Assembly (NCBI RefSeq): GCF_044368995.1
Contig: NZ_JBIPMS010000001.1
Span: 1-56,096, forward strand
From: Flavobacterium sp.
Lineage (GTDB): Bacteria > Bacteroidota > Bacteroidia > Flavobacteriales > Flavobacteriaceae
Length of the DNA stretch: 56,096 nucleotides
Direction: 5' to 3'
Shown: positions 26,789 through 35,884 of the stretch, piece by piece
Numbering within the stretch: the stretch's first letter is position 1
How the letters are laid out: every line of letters starts with the position of its first letter
Made by a program: the position numbers and the translations under genes
Notes under the pieces: model-generated
The model's input: only the letters and a program-made list of their open reading frames with translations
Databases searched by the model: none
What the model was told of the DNA's origin: nothing

Positions 26789-26851
26789 AATTAGATAATT
26801 AGACAATAAAATAATTAGTTAATTTGCAAATTACATATTATATAATTAGCA
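26789..26851. repeat. 8-bp-period array immediately upstream of hmgA ATG
   Basis: AATTAGAT AATTAGAC AATAAAAT AATTAGTT AATTTGCA AATTACAT ... AATTAGCA. Confidence 0.75.
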
Positions 26852-26862
26852 CATAAAACTAC

Positions 26863-26925
26863 TCACTCAGGATTTCTCTTGATGAGGAATTTTAAGTGGG
26901 CTAATAATCCGTTCCAGTTTTCCAT
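26863..26925 (-). other. Candidate leaderless uORF / leader peptide MENWNGLLAHLKFLIKRNPE
   Basis: ATG 26925 lies 5 nt after a -7-like GACATTTG (26930-26937, minus). 20 codons, then TGA. No other support. Confidence 0.3.
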
Positions 26926-26952
26926 ATCACAAATGTCGGAAAAATATATTAT

Positions 26953-26984
26953 AAAAAAAAACGACTTCAATTGAAGTCGTTTTT
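26953..26984 (-). terminator. Intrinsic terminator of permease gene
   Basis: AAAAAAAAAACGACTTC-AATT-GAAGTCGTTTTT. Confidence 0.85.
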
Positions 26985-26988
26985 AATA

Positions 26989-28452
26989 TTATTCTTGTTT
27001 GTTATTTAGTTTTGAATTTCGTTTACCGTATAAGAAATATACTAAAACTCCAATTGCTAACCATCCTAAAGATAGTAATTGTGCGTCATGACTTAAGTTA
27101 AACATTAAATAGGTATTAATTAAAATACCACAAACTGCAATTACTGGTAAAGCAGGAACTTTAAAAGTACGCTCTAAACCTGGTTGTTTTACTCTTAAAA
27201 TCCAAACTGCAATACAAACCATAGTGAAGGCAAATAAAGTACCAAAACTGGTCATATCGGCTAATTTGTTAATAGGGGTAAAGGCGGCTACAACAGCAAT
27301 AAATCCTCCTAATATCATTAAGTTGTTTTTTGGTGTTCCAGATAATGGATTAATTTTTGAGAAAACAGAAGGAATTAATCCATCTTTAGACATTCCTAAG
27401 AAAATTCTAGATTGTCCCATAATCATTACCATTAATACTGAAATTAAACCAATAGTTGCAGCAATAGTTATTATGTAACCCGCCCAAGCTTGTCCAGCGA
27501 TATCAAAAGCGTAAGCTACTGGAGCTTTAATTGCTTCAGGATATTTTCCAAGCGGATTGAAGTCTTGGTAGCTCATCATTCCAGTTAATACTAATGACAC
27601 TAATATATAAAGTACCGTACAAACTAATAACGATGCGATAATTGCAAAAGGCACATCTTTTTTGGGATTAATAGCTTCACCTGCTTGAGTTGAAACCGCA
27701 TCGAAACCTACATAAGCAAAGAAAATTGCAGCAGCTCCAGAAACAACCCCACCAAAACCATAAGCTTGATGTGTTCCCGCTTTGTCAACTATCTGAGTTG
27801 CTTCAGGAATAAAAGGGGTCCAGTTATCCACATTAATAAAGAATGCACCGGCAACAATTACAAATATAACGGCAGAAACTTTTAAAATTACAATGAAATT
27901 ATTTGCTGTAGCGGCACTTTTAGTTCCTTTAATAAGGATTGAAATCACAAAAAGAACGATTAAAAGTGCTGGTAAATTCATAGAAAACCCTTCACCAGTA
28001 TAACTTGCAGGATCTGTAGTTAGCCAATCGGGTAGTTTTATACCAAACATTTTGAGCATTTTGTTAAAATATCCAGACCAAGAAACAGCTACCGTCATGG
28101 AGCCCATGGCATATTCTAAAATTAATCCCCAACCAATAATCCATGCAAAAACTTCACCAATTGTACCGTATGCATACGCATAAGCAGAACCTTCTACAGG
28201 TAAAATTGAAGCAAATTCAGAATAACATAAAGCGGCAAATACACATGCGATACCCGCAATAATAAAAGAAATGGCTAATGCTGGTCCAGCGTGATAGTAA
28301 GCTCCTGTTCCTGTAAGTACAAAAATACCTCCACCAATAATTGCTCCAATACCAATGGCTGTTAAGCTCCATTTACCTAAAACTCTTTTTAACTCACTTT
28401 TTTTCATATCAGCCTCAAAGGCGGATACAGGTTTAACTCTCCAAATAGACAT
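26989..28452 (-). CDS. APC-family amino acid permease (CAT-like)
   Basis: 'GIGAIIGGGIFVLTG', 'CYSEFAS..P..GSAYAY', 'FFAYVGFDAVST'. ATG 28452 is preferred because TATATTTG lies at 28477-28484. Confidence 0.95.
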   Translation of the reverse strand: MSIWRVKPVSAFEADMKKSELKRVLGKWSLTAIGIGAIIGGGIFVLTGTGAYYHAGPALAISFIIAGIACVFAALCYSEFASILPVEGSAYAYAYGTIGEVFAWIIGWGLILEYAMGSMTVAVSWSGYFNKMLKMFGIKLPDWLTTDPASYTGEGFSMNLPALLIVLFVISILIKGTKSAATANNFIVILKVSAVIFVIVAGAFFINVDNWTPFIPEATQIVDKAGTHQAYGFGGVVSGAAAIFFAYVGFDAVSTQAGEAINPKKDVPFAIIASLLVCTVLYILVSLVLTGMMSYQDFNPLGKYPEAIKAPVAYAFDIAGQAWAGYIITIAATIGLISVLMVMIMGQSRIFLGMSKDGLIPSVFSKINPLSGTPKNNLMILGGFIAVVAAFTPINKLADMTSFGTLFAFTMVCIAVWILRVKQPGLERTFKVPALPVIAVCGILINTYLMFNLSHDAQLLSLGWLAIGVLVYFLYGKRNSKLNNKQE

Positions 28453-28522
28453 AAAGAAATAATTTTTTAGTTGCTTCAAATATAGGATATTTTCAATTAA
28501 ATATCCAAATCAAAAAAAATAT

Positions 28523-30772
28523 TTAAAAAACGAATCCTAAATTCACCCAAAAAGCGGAAAAATTGGATTCAGGAGACCAAGTATATTTCATTTCAATTGG
28601 CCCTATTAATGTTTCTAATCCGTAACCCAATCCAAATCCGGTATTTGAGGGTTTGTTAAACCATGTTTTTGTGGCATTAAAAATAAAATCGCCCACAATT
28701 GAAGCGTTATAGGTTAAGTTAATGTGATTTTTTTTGTAAAATTCGTAATCAAAAGTCGCACTACTTTTAATATAGGAATTTCCACTTATACTTAAAAAAT
28801 CATATCCGTAAAAAGGGATGATATTAGCACTGTCTTTGAATCCAGTTCCTCCTAAAGCAAAATCAAAATAGGGCAATGTAGAATGACCTATTTTAAAACC
28901 AATTTCGTTTTTAAAGACTACAGAGAAGTTTTTTATTGGAGCAACAGCAATTCCTAAATCTGTTTTAGAGATAGAAAATTTTGAAAATTGATTGTTATAA
29001 TCTGACGAACTAAAATAATAATTAAAGTTACTCTTTAAATACCAACCTTTTTTCGGAAAATATTTATCATCAAAAGTATCATAATTAAGAAAACCAACTA
29101 ACGAAAAATAGTTACTGTTTTCGATTACTTTATTGGCTTTTGACAAATTTTCTGATTTTAAAAAGAGGTTTTGAAATTCTAATCCGCCACCGATATTAAA
29201 TTTTCTTAAGAAAATAGTTTGTAGAAACACTTTGGTGTTGACACTTGAATAATCTAAATTTATCTTATCAAACGCGTTGCTTAGATAACTTTGAATTCCA
29301 AATGCTGTATTTACATTTTTATTAAAATTATTTAAACTGGAGTTAATTCCGAAGCTAAAATTATAACCATTATCTATCAAGTAATTGAAATCATACCTGA
29401 AATTATCGCCTAAAATTAAATCTAAAGAAACCATGTCGTTTTTTGAGATTATTTTTTTTTGAGAGATATTAATTAATGCGGCACTTTTATACAATTCATC
29501 ATAATGAAGTGCGAATTTTAAATAAGTATTTATCTTATTTTCCCTTAAACTAATAAAAATATCTTTTTCGTTAAATTGATATTTTAATGAACTAAAGTTT
29601 TGTGTGTTGCTTAAATTTTGAATACCGTTTTGAAAATCTTCAAAGCTTACTTTTGAGTTGGGTTTAAATCTTAATTTTCCTAAAACATAAGCGCGGGTAT
29701 AATTTTTTAATTCTGTAAAAGCAATATTTCCGATAAAAATGGAATCTTTAACAAGCTTTAACTTAGGTTTTTGATATGCTTTGTTTTCAAATTTTAGTAA
29801 TTCTGATAAAAAATTTCTCGTAGCATACTCCCCATTTTGAATGATTTTTTTTCCATTTTCGAAGGATAGAACAGAATACCCTTTTATTTCAGGTTTGATA
29901 TAAATATTAGTAAGTTGGCGCTTACTTTTCATTTGAGATTGTGTATAGAAATTAGAAATTTGTCCAAAAATAGTAGTAATACCTTGCAACTCATTTCGGT
30001 CTTTCAATTCCTCTTGTACATCAACACCTATAATAAATTCGGCACCCAATTCTTTAAGTCTTTCAATAGGATAATTATTTGTAACACCGCCATCAACTAA
30101 TAGTTTTCCTTCAATTTCAATGGGATAAAAAATACTTGGAACAGAACTACTTGCTATTAATGCTTGTGGAAAAATTCCTTTATTTAATAAGATTTCTTCG
30201 CCAGTTTCGATATCTGTAGCCATACAGAAAAACGGAATTGGCAATTTTTTAAAATCTCGTGTGTTTCTAACGTGATAAGTTATTTTTGATAAAAAATTGT
30301 AATTGTAAAACCCTTTTGAAAGGGCATTTGGCGTTTCGAGCTTTAATTTTTTAAAGGGTAGAGACAAAGCATAAATATCATCATTTCTTTTATTGAAAAG
30401 TAACTTAGATTTTCGGGGGATGTTATCTTGTACTAAATCGTCAAATTCTAATGTTTTAAATATAGAATCTAATTGTTTACCTGTATATCCAGAAGCGTAT
30501 AATCCACCTACAATAGCGCCCATACTGGTACCTCCAATGTAATCTATTTTTATACCTAAAGAATCAATTACTTTTAGAACACCAATATGTGACAATCCTT
30601 TTGCGCCTCCACCAGAAAGCACCAATCCTATTTTAGGCTTTTGGATACTGTCTTGAGCAATTGTGTAAGCAGGCAAAAGTAAGCAGGCAAAAGTAAAAAG
30701 TATAAAACAAGAAAATGTACCACGAATGTGATTCACTTTGCTTTTTTTACTTTTTACTTGTTTCTTTATCAC
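28523..30772 (-). CDS. Patatin-like phospholipase with C-terminal beta-barrel (PlpD-like)
   Basis: LSGGGAKG, GTSMG nucleophile and DGG motifs, then a POTRA/Omp85-like C-terminus ending in Phe. GTG start. Confidence 0.9.
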   Translation of the reverse strand: MIKKQVKSKKSKVNHIRGTFSCFILFTFACLLLPAYTIAQDSIQKPKIGLVLSGGGAKGLSHIGVLKVIDSLGIKIDYIGGTSMGAIVGGLYASGYTGKQLDSIFKTLEFDDLVQDNIPRKSKLLFNKRNDDIYALSLPFKKLKLETPNALSKGFYNYNFLSKITYHVRNTRDFKKLPIPFFCMATDIETGEEILLNKGIFPQALIASSSVPSIFYPIEIEGKLLVDGGVTNNYPIERLKELGAEFIIGVDVQEELKDRNELQGITTIFGQISNFYTQSQMKSKRQLTNIYIKPEIKGYSVLSFENGKKIIQNGEYATRNFLSELLKFENKAYQKPKLKLVKDSIFIGNIAFTELKNYTRAYVLGKLRFKPNSKVSFEDFQNGIQNLSNTQNFSSLKYQFNEKDIFISLRENKINTYLKFALHYDELYKSAALINISQKKIISKNDMVSLDLILGDNFRYDFNYLIDNGYNFSFGINSSLNNFNKNVNTAFGIQSYLSNAFDKINLDYSSVNTKVFLQTIFLRKFNIGGGLEFQNLFLKSENLSKANKVIENSNYFSLVGFLNYDTFDDKYFPKKGWYLKSNFNYYFSSSDYNNQFSKFSISKTDLGIAVAPIKNFSVVFKNEIGFKIGHSTLPYFDFALGGTGFKDSANIIPFYGYDFLSISGNSYIKSSATFDYEFYKKNHINLTYNASIVGDFIFNATKTWFNKPSNTGFGLGYGLETLIGPIEMKYTWSPESNFSAFWVNLGFVF
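30665..30766. repeat. Inverted 7-bp-period array inside patatin signal-peptide coding region
   Basis: GTAAGCAGGCAAAA x2, GTAAAAA, GTATAAA (30665-30706) versus TTCACTT TGCTTTT TTTACTT TTTACTT GTTTCTT (30732-30766). Confidence 0.75.
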
Positions 30773-30775
30773 GAG

Positions 30776-32563
30776 TTATTCTTTTTTGTAAAAGTCGGAA
30801 ATTTTTTTTGCTTTTGAAAGGCCAATTACTGAAGAAATTTCAGATTCAGTTGCTTCTTTTACTCTTTTTACGCTTTTAAAGTGCGAAATTAAGGCTATCA
30901 TAGTTTTTTCTCCAATGCCAGGAATACTTTCTACGGAAGAATTTAATGCCGATTTACTTCTTTTGTCGCGATGATGAGTAATTCCGAAGCGGTGCGCTTC
31001 GTTTCGTAATTGTTGAATAATTTTTAGCGTTTCCGATTTTTTATCCAAATATAAAGGAATAGGATCGTCCGGATAAAACAATTCTTCTAATCGTTTTGCA
31101 ATACCAATAATGGCGATTTTACCACGCAAACCTAAATCTTCTAAACTTTTTAATGCAGATGATAATTGCCCTTTTCCTCCATCAATAATAATAAGTTGGG
31201 GTAACGATTCATTTTCGTCTAGTAATCTTTTATATCTTCTATACACTACTTCTTCCATTGAAGCAAAATCATTTGGGCCTTCAACGGTTTTAATATTGAA
31301 ATGTCTGTAGTCTTTTTTACTGGCTTTTCCATCTTTAAATACCACACATGCTGCTACTGGATTTGTTCCTTGAATATTAGAGTTGTCAAAACATTCAATA
31401 TGTCTAGGTTCCATAGAAAGGCGTAAATCCTTTTGCATTTGCGCCATAATTCTGTTGGTATGCCGCTCTGGATCTACAATTTTAATTTGTTTTAATTGGT
31501 CGAATCTGTAATATTTTGCATTGCGTTCAGATAAGTTTAAAATCTCTTTTTTATCTCCTAATTTAGGAACAGTAATTCTGATTTTATCCCCTAAATCAAC
31601 TTCAAAAGGCACTATAATTTCTGTTGAAGTTAAAAAGAAACGCGCCCTGATTTCTACAATTGCTAATTCTAATAATTCTTGATTGGTTTCATCTAATTTT
31701 TTCTTTAACTCTAAAGTGTGCGAGCGAATTATAGCTCCGTGAGAAATCTGTAAAAAATTAACATACGCCATCGTTTCGTCTGAAATAATGGAAAACACAT
31801 CAATATTGGTAATTTTAGGATTTATTATTGTTGATTTCGCTTGATAGTTTTCTAAAACTTCAATTTTATCTTTAATTTTTTGGGCTTCTTCAAACTTCAT
31901 TTCTGAGGCCAAATGTTGCATGTGATTTTTGAAATCTTTTAGACTTTCTTTGAAATTTCCTTTTAAAATTTCTCGTATAGCCGTAATTTGTTTTTGGTAA
32001 TTTTCTTGCGTTTCGTATCCTTCACAGCCGCCCTTACAATTTCCAATATGGTATTCTAAACATACTTTATATTTTTCTGCTCGGATGTTTGATAGCGATA
32101 AATCAAAATTACAAGTTCGTAAAGAATATAATTCTCTAATTAATTCTAATAACGTGTTTACGGTTTTAAAACTGGTGTAGGGCCCAAAATATTCCGAGCC
32201 GTCTTTTATCATTTTCCGAGTAGAAAATACCCTCGAGAACGTTTCTTTTTTAATACAAATCCAAGGATAGGTTTTATCATCACGAAGCAGAACATTGTAT
32301 CTGGGCTGTAGTGTTTTAATAAGACTGTTTTCTAACAATAACGCATCGGTTTCTGTAGGAACAACAATATGTTTAATAGTAACAATTTTTTTTACAAGCA
32401 CAGAGGTTTTGTAATTCTCGTGGTTTTTTGTAAAATAGGATTGCACCCGTTTTTTTAAATTTTTTGCTTTCCCAACATACAAAATCTTATTTTCTTTGTC
32501 ATAATACTGGTATACACCAGGATTTTCAGGTAAGGTTTGAATTTGTAGTTCTAGTGGTGTCAT
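30776..32563 (-). CDS. uvrC: Excinuclease ABC subunit C
   Basis: GIY-YIG (PGVY...YVGKAKNLKKRV), IECFDNSN, IIDGGKGQL and a C-terminal HhH. Confidence 0.98.
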   Translation of the reverse strand: MTPLELQIQTLPENPGVYQYYDKENKILYVGKAKNLKKRVQSYFTKNHENYKTSVLVKKIVTIKHIVVPTETDALLLENSLIKTLQPRYNVLLRDDKTYPWICIKKETFSRVFSTRKMIKDGSEYFGPYTSFKTVNTLLELIRELYSLRTCNFDLSLSNIRAEKYKVCLEYHIGNCKGGCEGYETQENYQKQITAIREILKGNFKESLKDFKNHMQHLASEMKFEEAQKIKDKIEVLENYQAKSTIINPKITNIDVFSIISDETMAYVNFLQISHGAIIRSHTLELKKKLDETNQELLELAIVEIRARFFLTSTEIIVPFEVDLGDKIRITVPKLGDKKEILNLSERNAKYYRFDQLKQIKIVDPERHTNRIMAQMQKDLRLSMEPRHIECFDNSNIQGTNPVAACVVFKDGKASKKDYRHFNIKTVEGPNDFASMEEVVYRRYKRLLDENESLPQLIIIDGGKGQLSSALKSLEDLGLRGKIAIIGIAKRLEELFYPDDPIPLYLDKKSETLKIIQQLRNEAHRFGITHHRDKRSKSALNSSVESIPGIGEKTMIALISHFKSVKRVKEATESEISSVIGLSKAKKISDFYKKE

Positions 32564-32598
32564 TTTTAGTATGCAGTGTTCAGTTTTTAGTATTCAGT
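32564..32598 (-). repeat. Five 7-bp units abutting uvrC start codon
   Basis: Sense strand: ACTGAAT ACTAAAA ACTGAAC ACTGCAT ACTAAAA ATG. Confidence 0.75.
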
Positions 32599-32694
32599 AA
32601 TTTAACTTGAGAAAGCCTCACAAAAATAGCGAAAAACAATTGGATTTAGCATAAAGTAATTTTTTATTACTTTAGCCAAAAAGTAAAACACGTA

Positions 32695-33657
32695 ATGCAC
32701 AAGGAAATTACTATTTTTAACGAAACTATTTTGCCAGGAAAAAGTAAAACCATCAATATGCAAATTGGGAAATTGCATACGATGACCGATTTACACATTC
32801 CAATTATTGTAGAAAGAAGTAATAAAGAAGGTCCGGTAGTGTTGTTAACTGCTGGTTTACATGGCGACGAGATTAACGGAACTGAAATTGTAAGGGAATT
32901 AATTGTAAAAAAAATTAACAAACCAAAACGAGGTACTATTATCTGTATTCCTGTAATTAATATTTTTGGATTTGTCAATCAAACTAGAGAATTTCCAGAT
33001 GGTAGAGATTTAAACCGAATTTTTCCTGGAAGCAAAACAGGCTCTTTAGCGAGTCAATTTGCTTATTATATTTTAAAAGAAATTATACCAAATATAGATT
33101 ATGCAATAGATTTTCATGCTGGTGGCGCCCAAAGATTTAATGCGCCACAAATACGAATTGTTCCTAATAACGATGAGTTAAAAACACTTTCAGATGTATT
33201 TGGTGCTCCGTTTACATTATATTCTAATAATATTTCTGGTTCGTTTAGAAGCTCATGTGATAAAATGAATGTAAAAATGTTATTATTTGAAGGAGGAAAA
33301 TCGGTTGATATTAATAATGCAGTTACTAAAGAAGCTGTAGAAGGAACCAAACGGGTTTTGGCCCATTTTGGGATGCTAAAGACGAAACACGAAATTTCAA
33401 AACCGCACCAAACTATATATATTGAAAAGTCGGATTGGATTCGGGCTAATTTTTCTGGGATGTTTCATGGGATAAAACAAATTGGAAGTTTTGTAACAAA
33501 AGGCGAATTGTTAGCCACAATTTCAGATCCTTTTGGAAAGGTGAGTCATAAATTAAAAGCACCACATGCAGGCTATTTAATAAATGTAAATGATGCCCCA
33601 ATTGTTTATCAAGGCGATGCCGTTTTTCATATTTCAAAAACCTTAGAAGATGAATAA
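32695..33657 (+). CDS. Succinylglutamate desuccinylase/aspartoacylase (M14) family protein
   Basis: Motifs GLHGDEING, DLNRIFPG, IDFHAG, LFEGG. Confidence 0.9.
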   Translation: MHKEITIFNETILPGKSKTINMQIGKLHTMTDLHIPIIVERSNKEGPVVLLTAGLHGDEINGTEIVRELIVKKINKPKRGTIICIPVINIFGFVNQTREFPDGRDLNRIFPGSKTGSLASQFAYYILKEIIPNIDYAIDFHAGGAQRFNAPQIRIVPNNDELKTLSDVFGAPFTLYSNNISGSFRSSCDKMNVKMLLFEGGKSVDINNAVTKEAVEGTKRVLAHFGMLKTKHEISKPHQTIYIEKSDWIRANFSGMFHGIKQIGSFVTKGELLATISDPFGKVSHKLKAPHAGYLINVNDAPIVYQGDAVFHISKTLEDE

Positions 33658-34213
33658 GAAAGCGTTACGACAAAAGTATAGCGCATTAAGAGCTAATTTA
33701 TCAGACCATGAAATAGATGAAATGTCTTTGCTAATTGCTAATCATATCATCCATTTAGATATTTGGCAACACAGTTTTTACCAACTTTTTTTATCTATTG
33801 AAAGCAAAAAAGAGGTAAATACAGAATATATTTTGCAAGTTTTGGCTGGAAAAGATAAAAACATTGTCCTTTCCGTAAGTGATTTTTCAACTCAAGAAAT
33901 GACCCATTTTCTTTTAACAGACACAACCAAAATTAAGAAAAATAACCACGATATTCCCGAACCTGTTGACGGTTTAGAAGTTCCTGTTTCTAAAATTAAT
34001 GTGGTTTTTGTCCCCTTATTAGCTTTTGATGAAAAAGGGAATAGGGTGGGTTACGGAAAAGGATTTTACGACCAGTTTTTATCAAAATGTAATTCAAAAA
34101 CACTTAAAATAGGGGTCTCTTTTTATGAGGCTGAAACAATAATTTCTGATACGTCAACCACTGATATTCAATTAGATTATTGTGTAACGCCAACTAAAGT
34201 TTACAATTTTTAA
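33650..34213 (+). CDS. 5-formyltetrahydrofolate cyclo-ligase
   Basis: 'VFVPLLAFD..GNRVGYGKGFYD' and 'DIQLDYCVTP'. Overlaps the upstream stop by 8 nt. Confidence 0.92.
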   Translation: MNKKALRQKYSALRANLSDHEIDEMSLLIANHIIHLDIWQHSFYQLFLSIESKKEVNTEYILQVLAGKDKNIVLSVSDFSTQEMTHFLLTDTTKIKKNNHDIPEPVDGLEVPVSKINVVFVPLLAFDEKGNRVGYGKGFYDQFLSKCNSKTLKIGVSFYEAETIISDTSTTDIQLDYCVTPTKVYNF

Positions 34214-34278
34214 TATATATTTAAATAGGAATTCCATATATTTTATTATATTTGAAATTATTACTAAAAAAATAAACT

Positions 34279-34695
34279 ATGTTACAATCTATTCATTCTT
34301 CATTAGCTTATGCAGTTTTAGCGGTATTAGTTTTAGCTATTATCAATGCTTTTTCAGGGCTATCAGCAAAAAGAAATTTTACTTCAAAAGATAGAAGTAT
34401 TTCTTTAATTGCGTTAATTTTTAGTCATATACAATTAGTAGTTGGAATCGTGCTTTGGATAGAATCTCCTATAGGAAAAGCAGCTTTAAGCCAAATGTCA
34501 AATTCGGCCATGCGATTAACTGCTTTGGAGCATCCTTTAATCAATATCATTGCAATTGTTATAATTACAATTGGTTGGAGCAAACATAAAAAAGAAGAAA
34601 GCAGTAATGGGAAGTTTAAAAAAATAGGAATATTTTTTACTATAGGACTGCTATTAATTTTATCAAGAATTCCTTGGACGAATTGGTTGGCATAA
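34279..34695 (+). CDS. Four-TM membrane protein, possibly cytochrome-b-like
   Basis: Hydrophobic helices with His in or near the membrane (IHS, SHIQ, EHP) and a C-terminal RIPW. Haem binding is a guess. Confidence 0.65.
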   Translation: MLQSIHSSLAYAVLAVLVLAIINAFSGLSAKRNFTSKDRSISLIALIFSHIQLVVGIVLWIESPIGKAALSQMSNSAMRLTALEHPLINIIAIVIITIGWSKHKKEESSNGKFKKIGIFFTIGLLLILSRIPWTNWLA

Positions 34696-34720
34696 TTAGT
34701 GTCAAATCAATGAAAATATA

Positions 34721-34752
34721 AAGAGAAGTAAGTGAAAATTTACTTCTTTTTT
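34721..34752 (+). terminator. Probable intrinsic terminator
   Basis: AAGAGAAGTAAG-TGAAAA-TTTACTTCTTTTTT. Confidence 0.55.
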
Positions 34753-34765
34753 AATCTTATATTAT

Positions 34766-35227
34766 ATGAAGATGAAAAAATTTATATACATATTACCGCT
34801 TTTAGTAGTGCTTTTTTTTCAGAAGGAAAACATAAAATTACCGCTTTCTCAAGATAAACCAAAACTAAAAGTTACTGATACAATAAAGAAAAAAGACAGT
34901 TTAGCCAAGCCTGTTGAAAAATTAGAAATGTATCATGAATCGGCACACGCTTCCTATTATGCAAATAAATTTAATGGTAGAAGAACCGCAAGCGGAACCA
35001 GATTTAATAATAATGACATGACTTGCGCACACCGAAAACTTCCATTTGGCACAAAATTAAAAGTTACAGGTATAAAAACTAAAAAAGTAGTTTACGTTAC
35101 CGTTACTGATAGAGGGCCATTTCATAAAAACAGACATATTGATTTATCGAGAGCCGCATTTTGGAAAATAAGGCCTTCAAATTATGGCGGACATATTGAT
35201 GTAAATATTGAGATTGTAAAGAAATAA
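34766..35227 (+). CDS. rlpA: RlpA-family (DPBB) lytic transglycosylase
   Basis: 'ASYYANKFNGRRTASG', 'TCAHRKLPFGT', 'VTDRGPF...IDLS.AAF'. Confidence 0.9.
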   Translation: MKMKKFIYILPLLVVLFFQKENIKLPLSQDKPKLKVTDTIKKKDSLAKPVEKLEMYHESAHASYYANKFNGRRTASGTRFNNNDMTCAHRKLPFGTKLKVTGIKTKKVVYVTVTDRGPFHKNRHIDLSRAAFWKIRPSNYGGHIDVNIEIVKK

Positions 35228-35237
35228 AAAAATCCTT

Positions 35238-35705
35238 TTACCAAGTAGTAAAAGAATTTTTGCTTAAATAAGCATTATAATATTTTTCTTCGCCAGTAAC
35301 TTCTTCCGCTAGCCAATTTGGTTTTTCAAAGGGTTCATTGGCGTCGGAAAGTTCAATTTCAGCAACAATCAATCCTTTATTTTCCCCTTCAAAAATATCA
35401 ACTTCAAATGTGTGATTTCCTTTTTTGATTATATACCTGGTTTTAACAATTACGCCGGTTTCGCATAATTTTAATAAAGCTTCTGCTTCGTATAACTCAA
35501 TTTCTTTTTCCCATTCAAAACGTGTAGTACCTGTTTCGTCGCCTTGGCCTTTAATCGTAATAAATCCTTTTTTATCTTTAATTCTGATTCTGACAGTTCG
35601 TTCAGGTGTAGAATTTAGATAACCTTGCGCAATTTTTTCAAATTGGACAGCTTCCATCATAAAATCTAAAGATTGGACTAAAAATTTGCGTTCTATTTCT
35701 TGCAT
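35238..35705 (-). CDS. CYTH domain protein (triphosphate tunnel metalloenzyme)
   Basis: Motifs EIERKF, QGYL, VRIRI, RFEWE, AEIEL. ATG 35705. Confidence 0.92.
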   Translation of the reverse strand: MQEIERKFLVQSLDFMMEAVQFEKIAQGYLNSTPERTVRIRIKDKKGFITIKGQGDETGTTRFEWEKEIELYEAEALLKLCETGVIVKTRYIIKKGNHTFEVDIFEGENKGLIVAEIELSDANEPFEKPNWLAEEVTGEEKYYNAYLSKNSFTTW

Positions 35706-35884
35706 AATTTTCAAAATATTAAGAATCAAAATTACAATATTTAAATATATAAGTCATATAAGTTTTATCATTCTTTTTGTTTCAAGTTGGTTGAGGTTTT
35801 TAAAGCTAGCGTAATTTAAATTGGTAAAAATCTGTGAAATCTGTGTTCGATCAACCGTATTTTTTTCATTACTTTGTTTATCTT

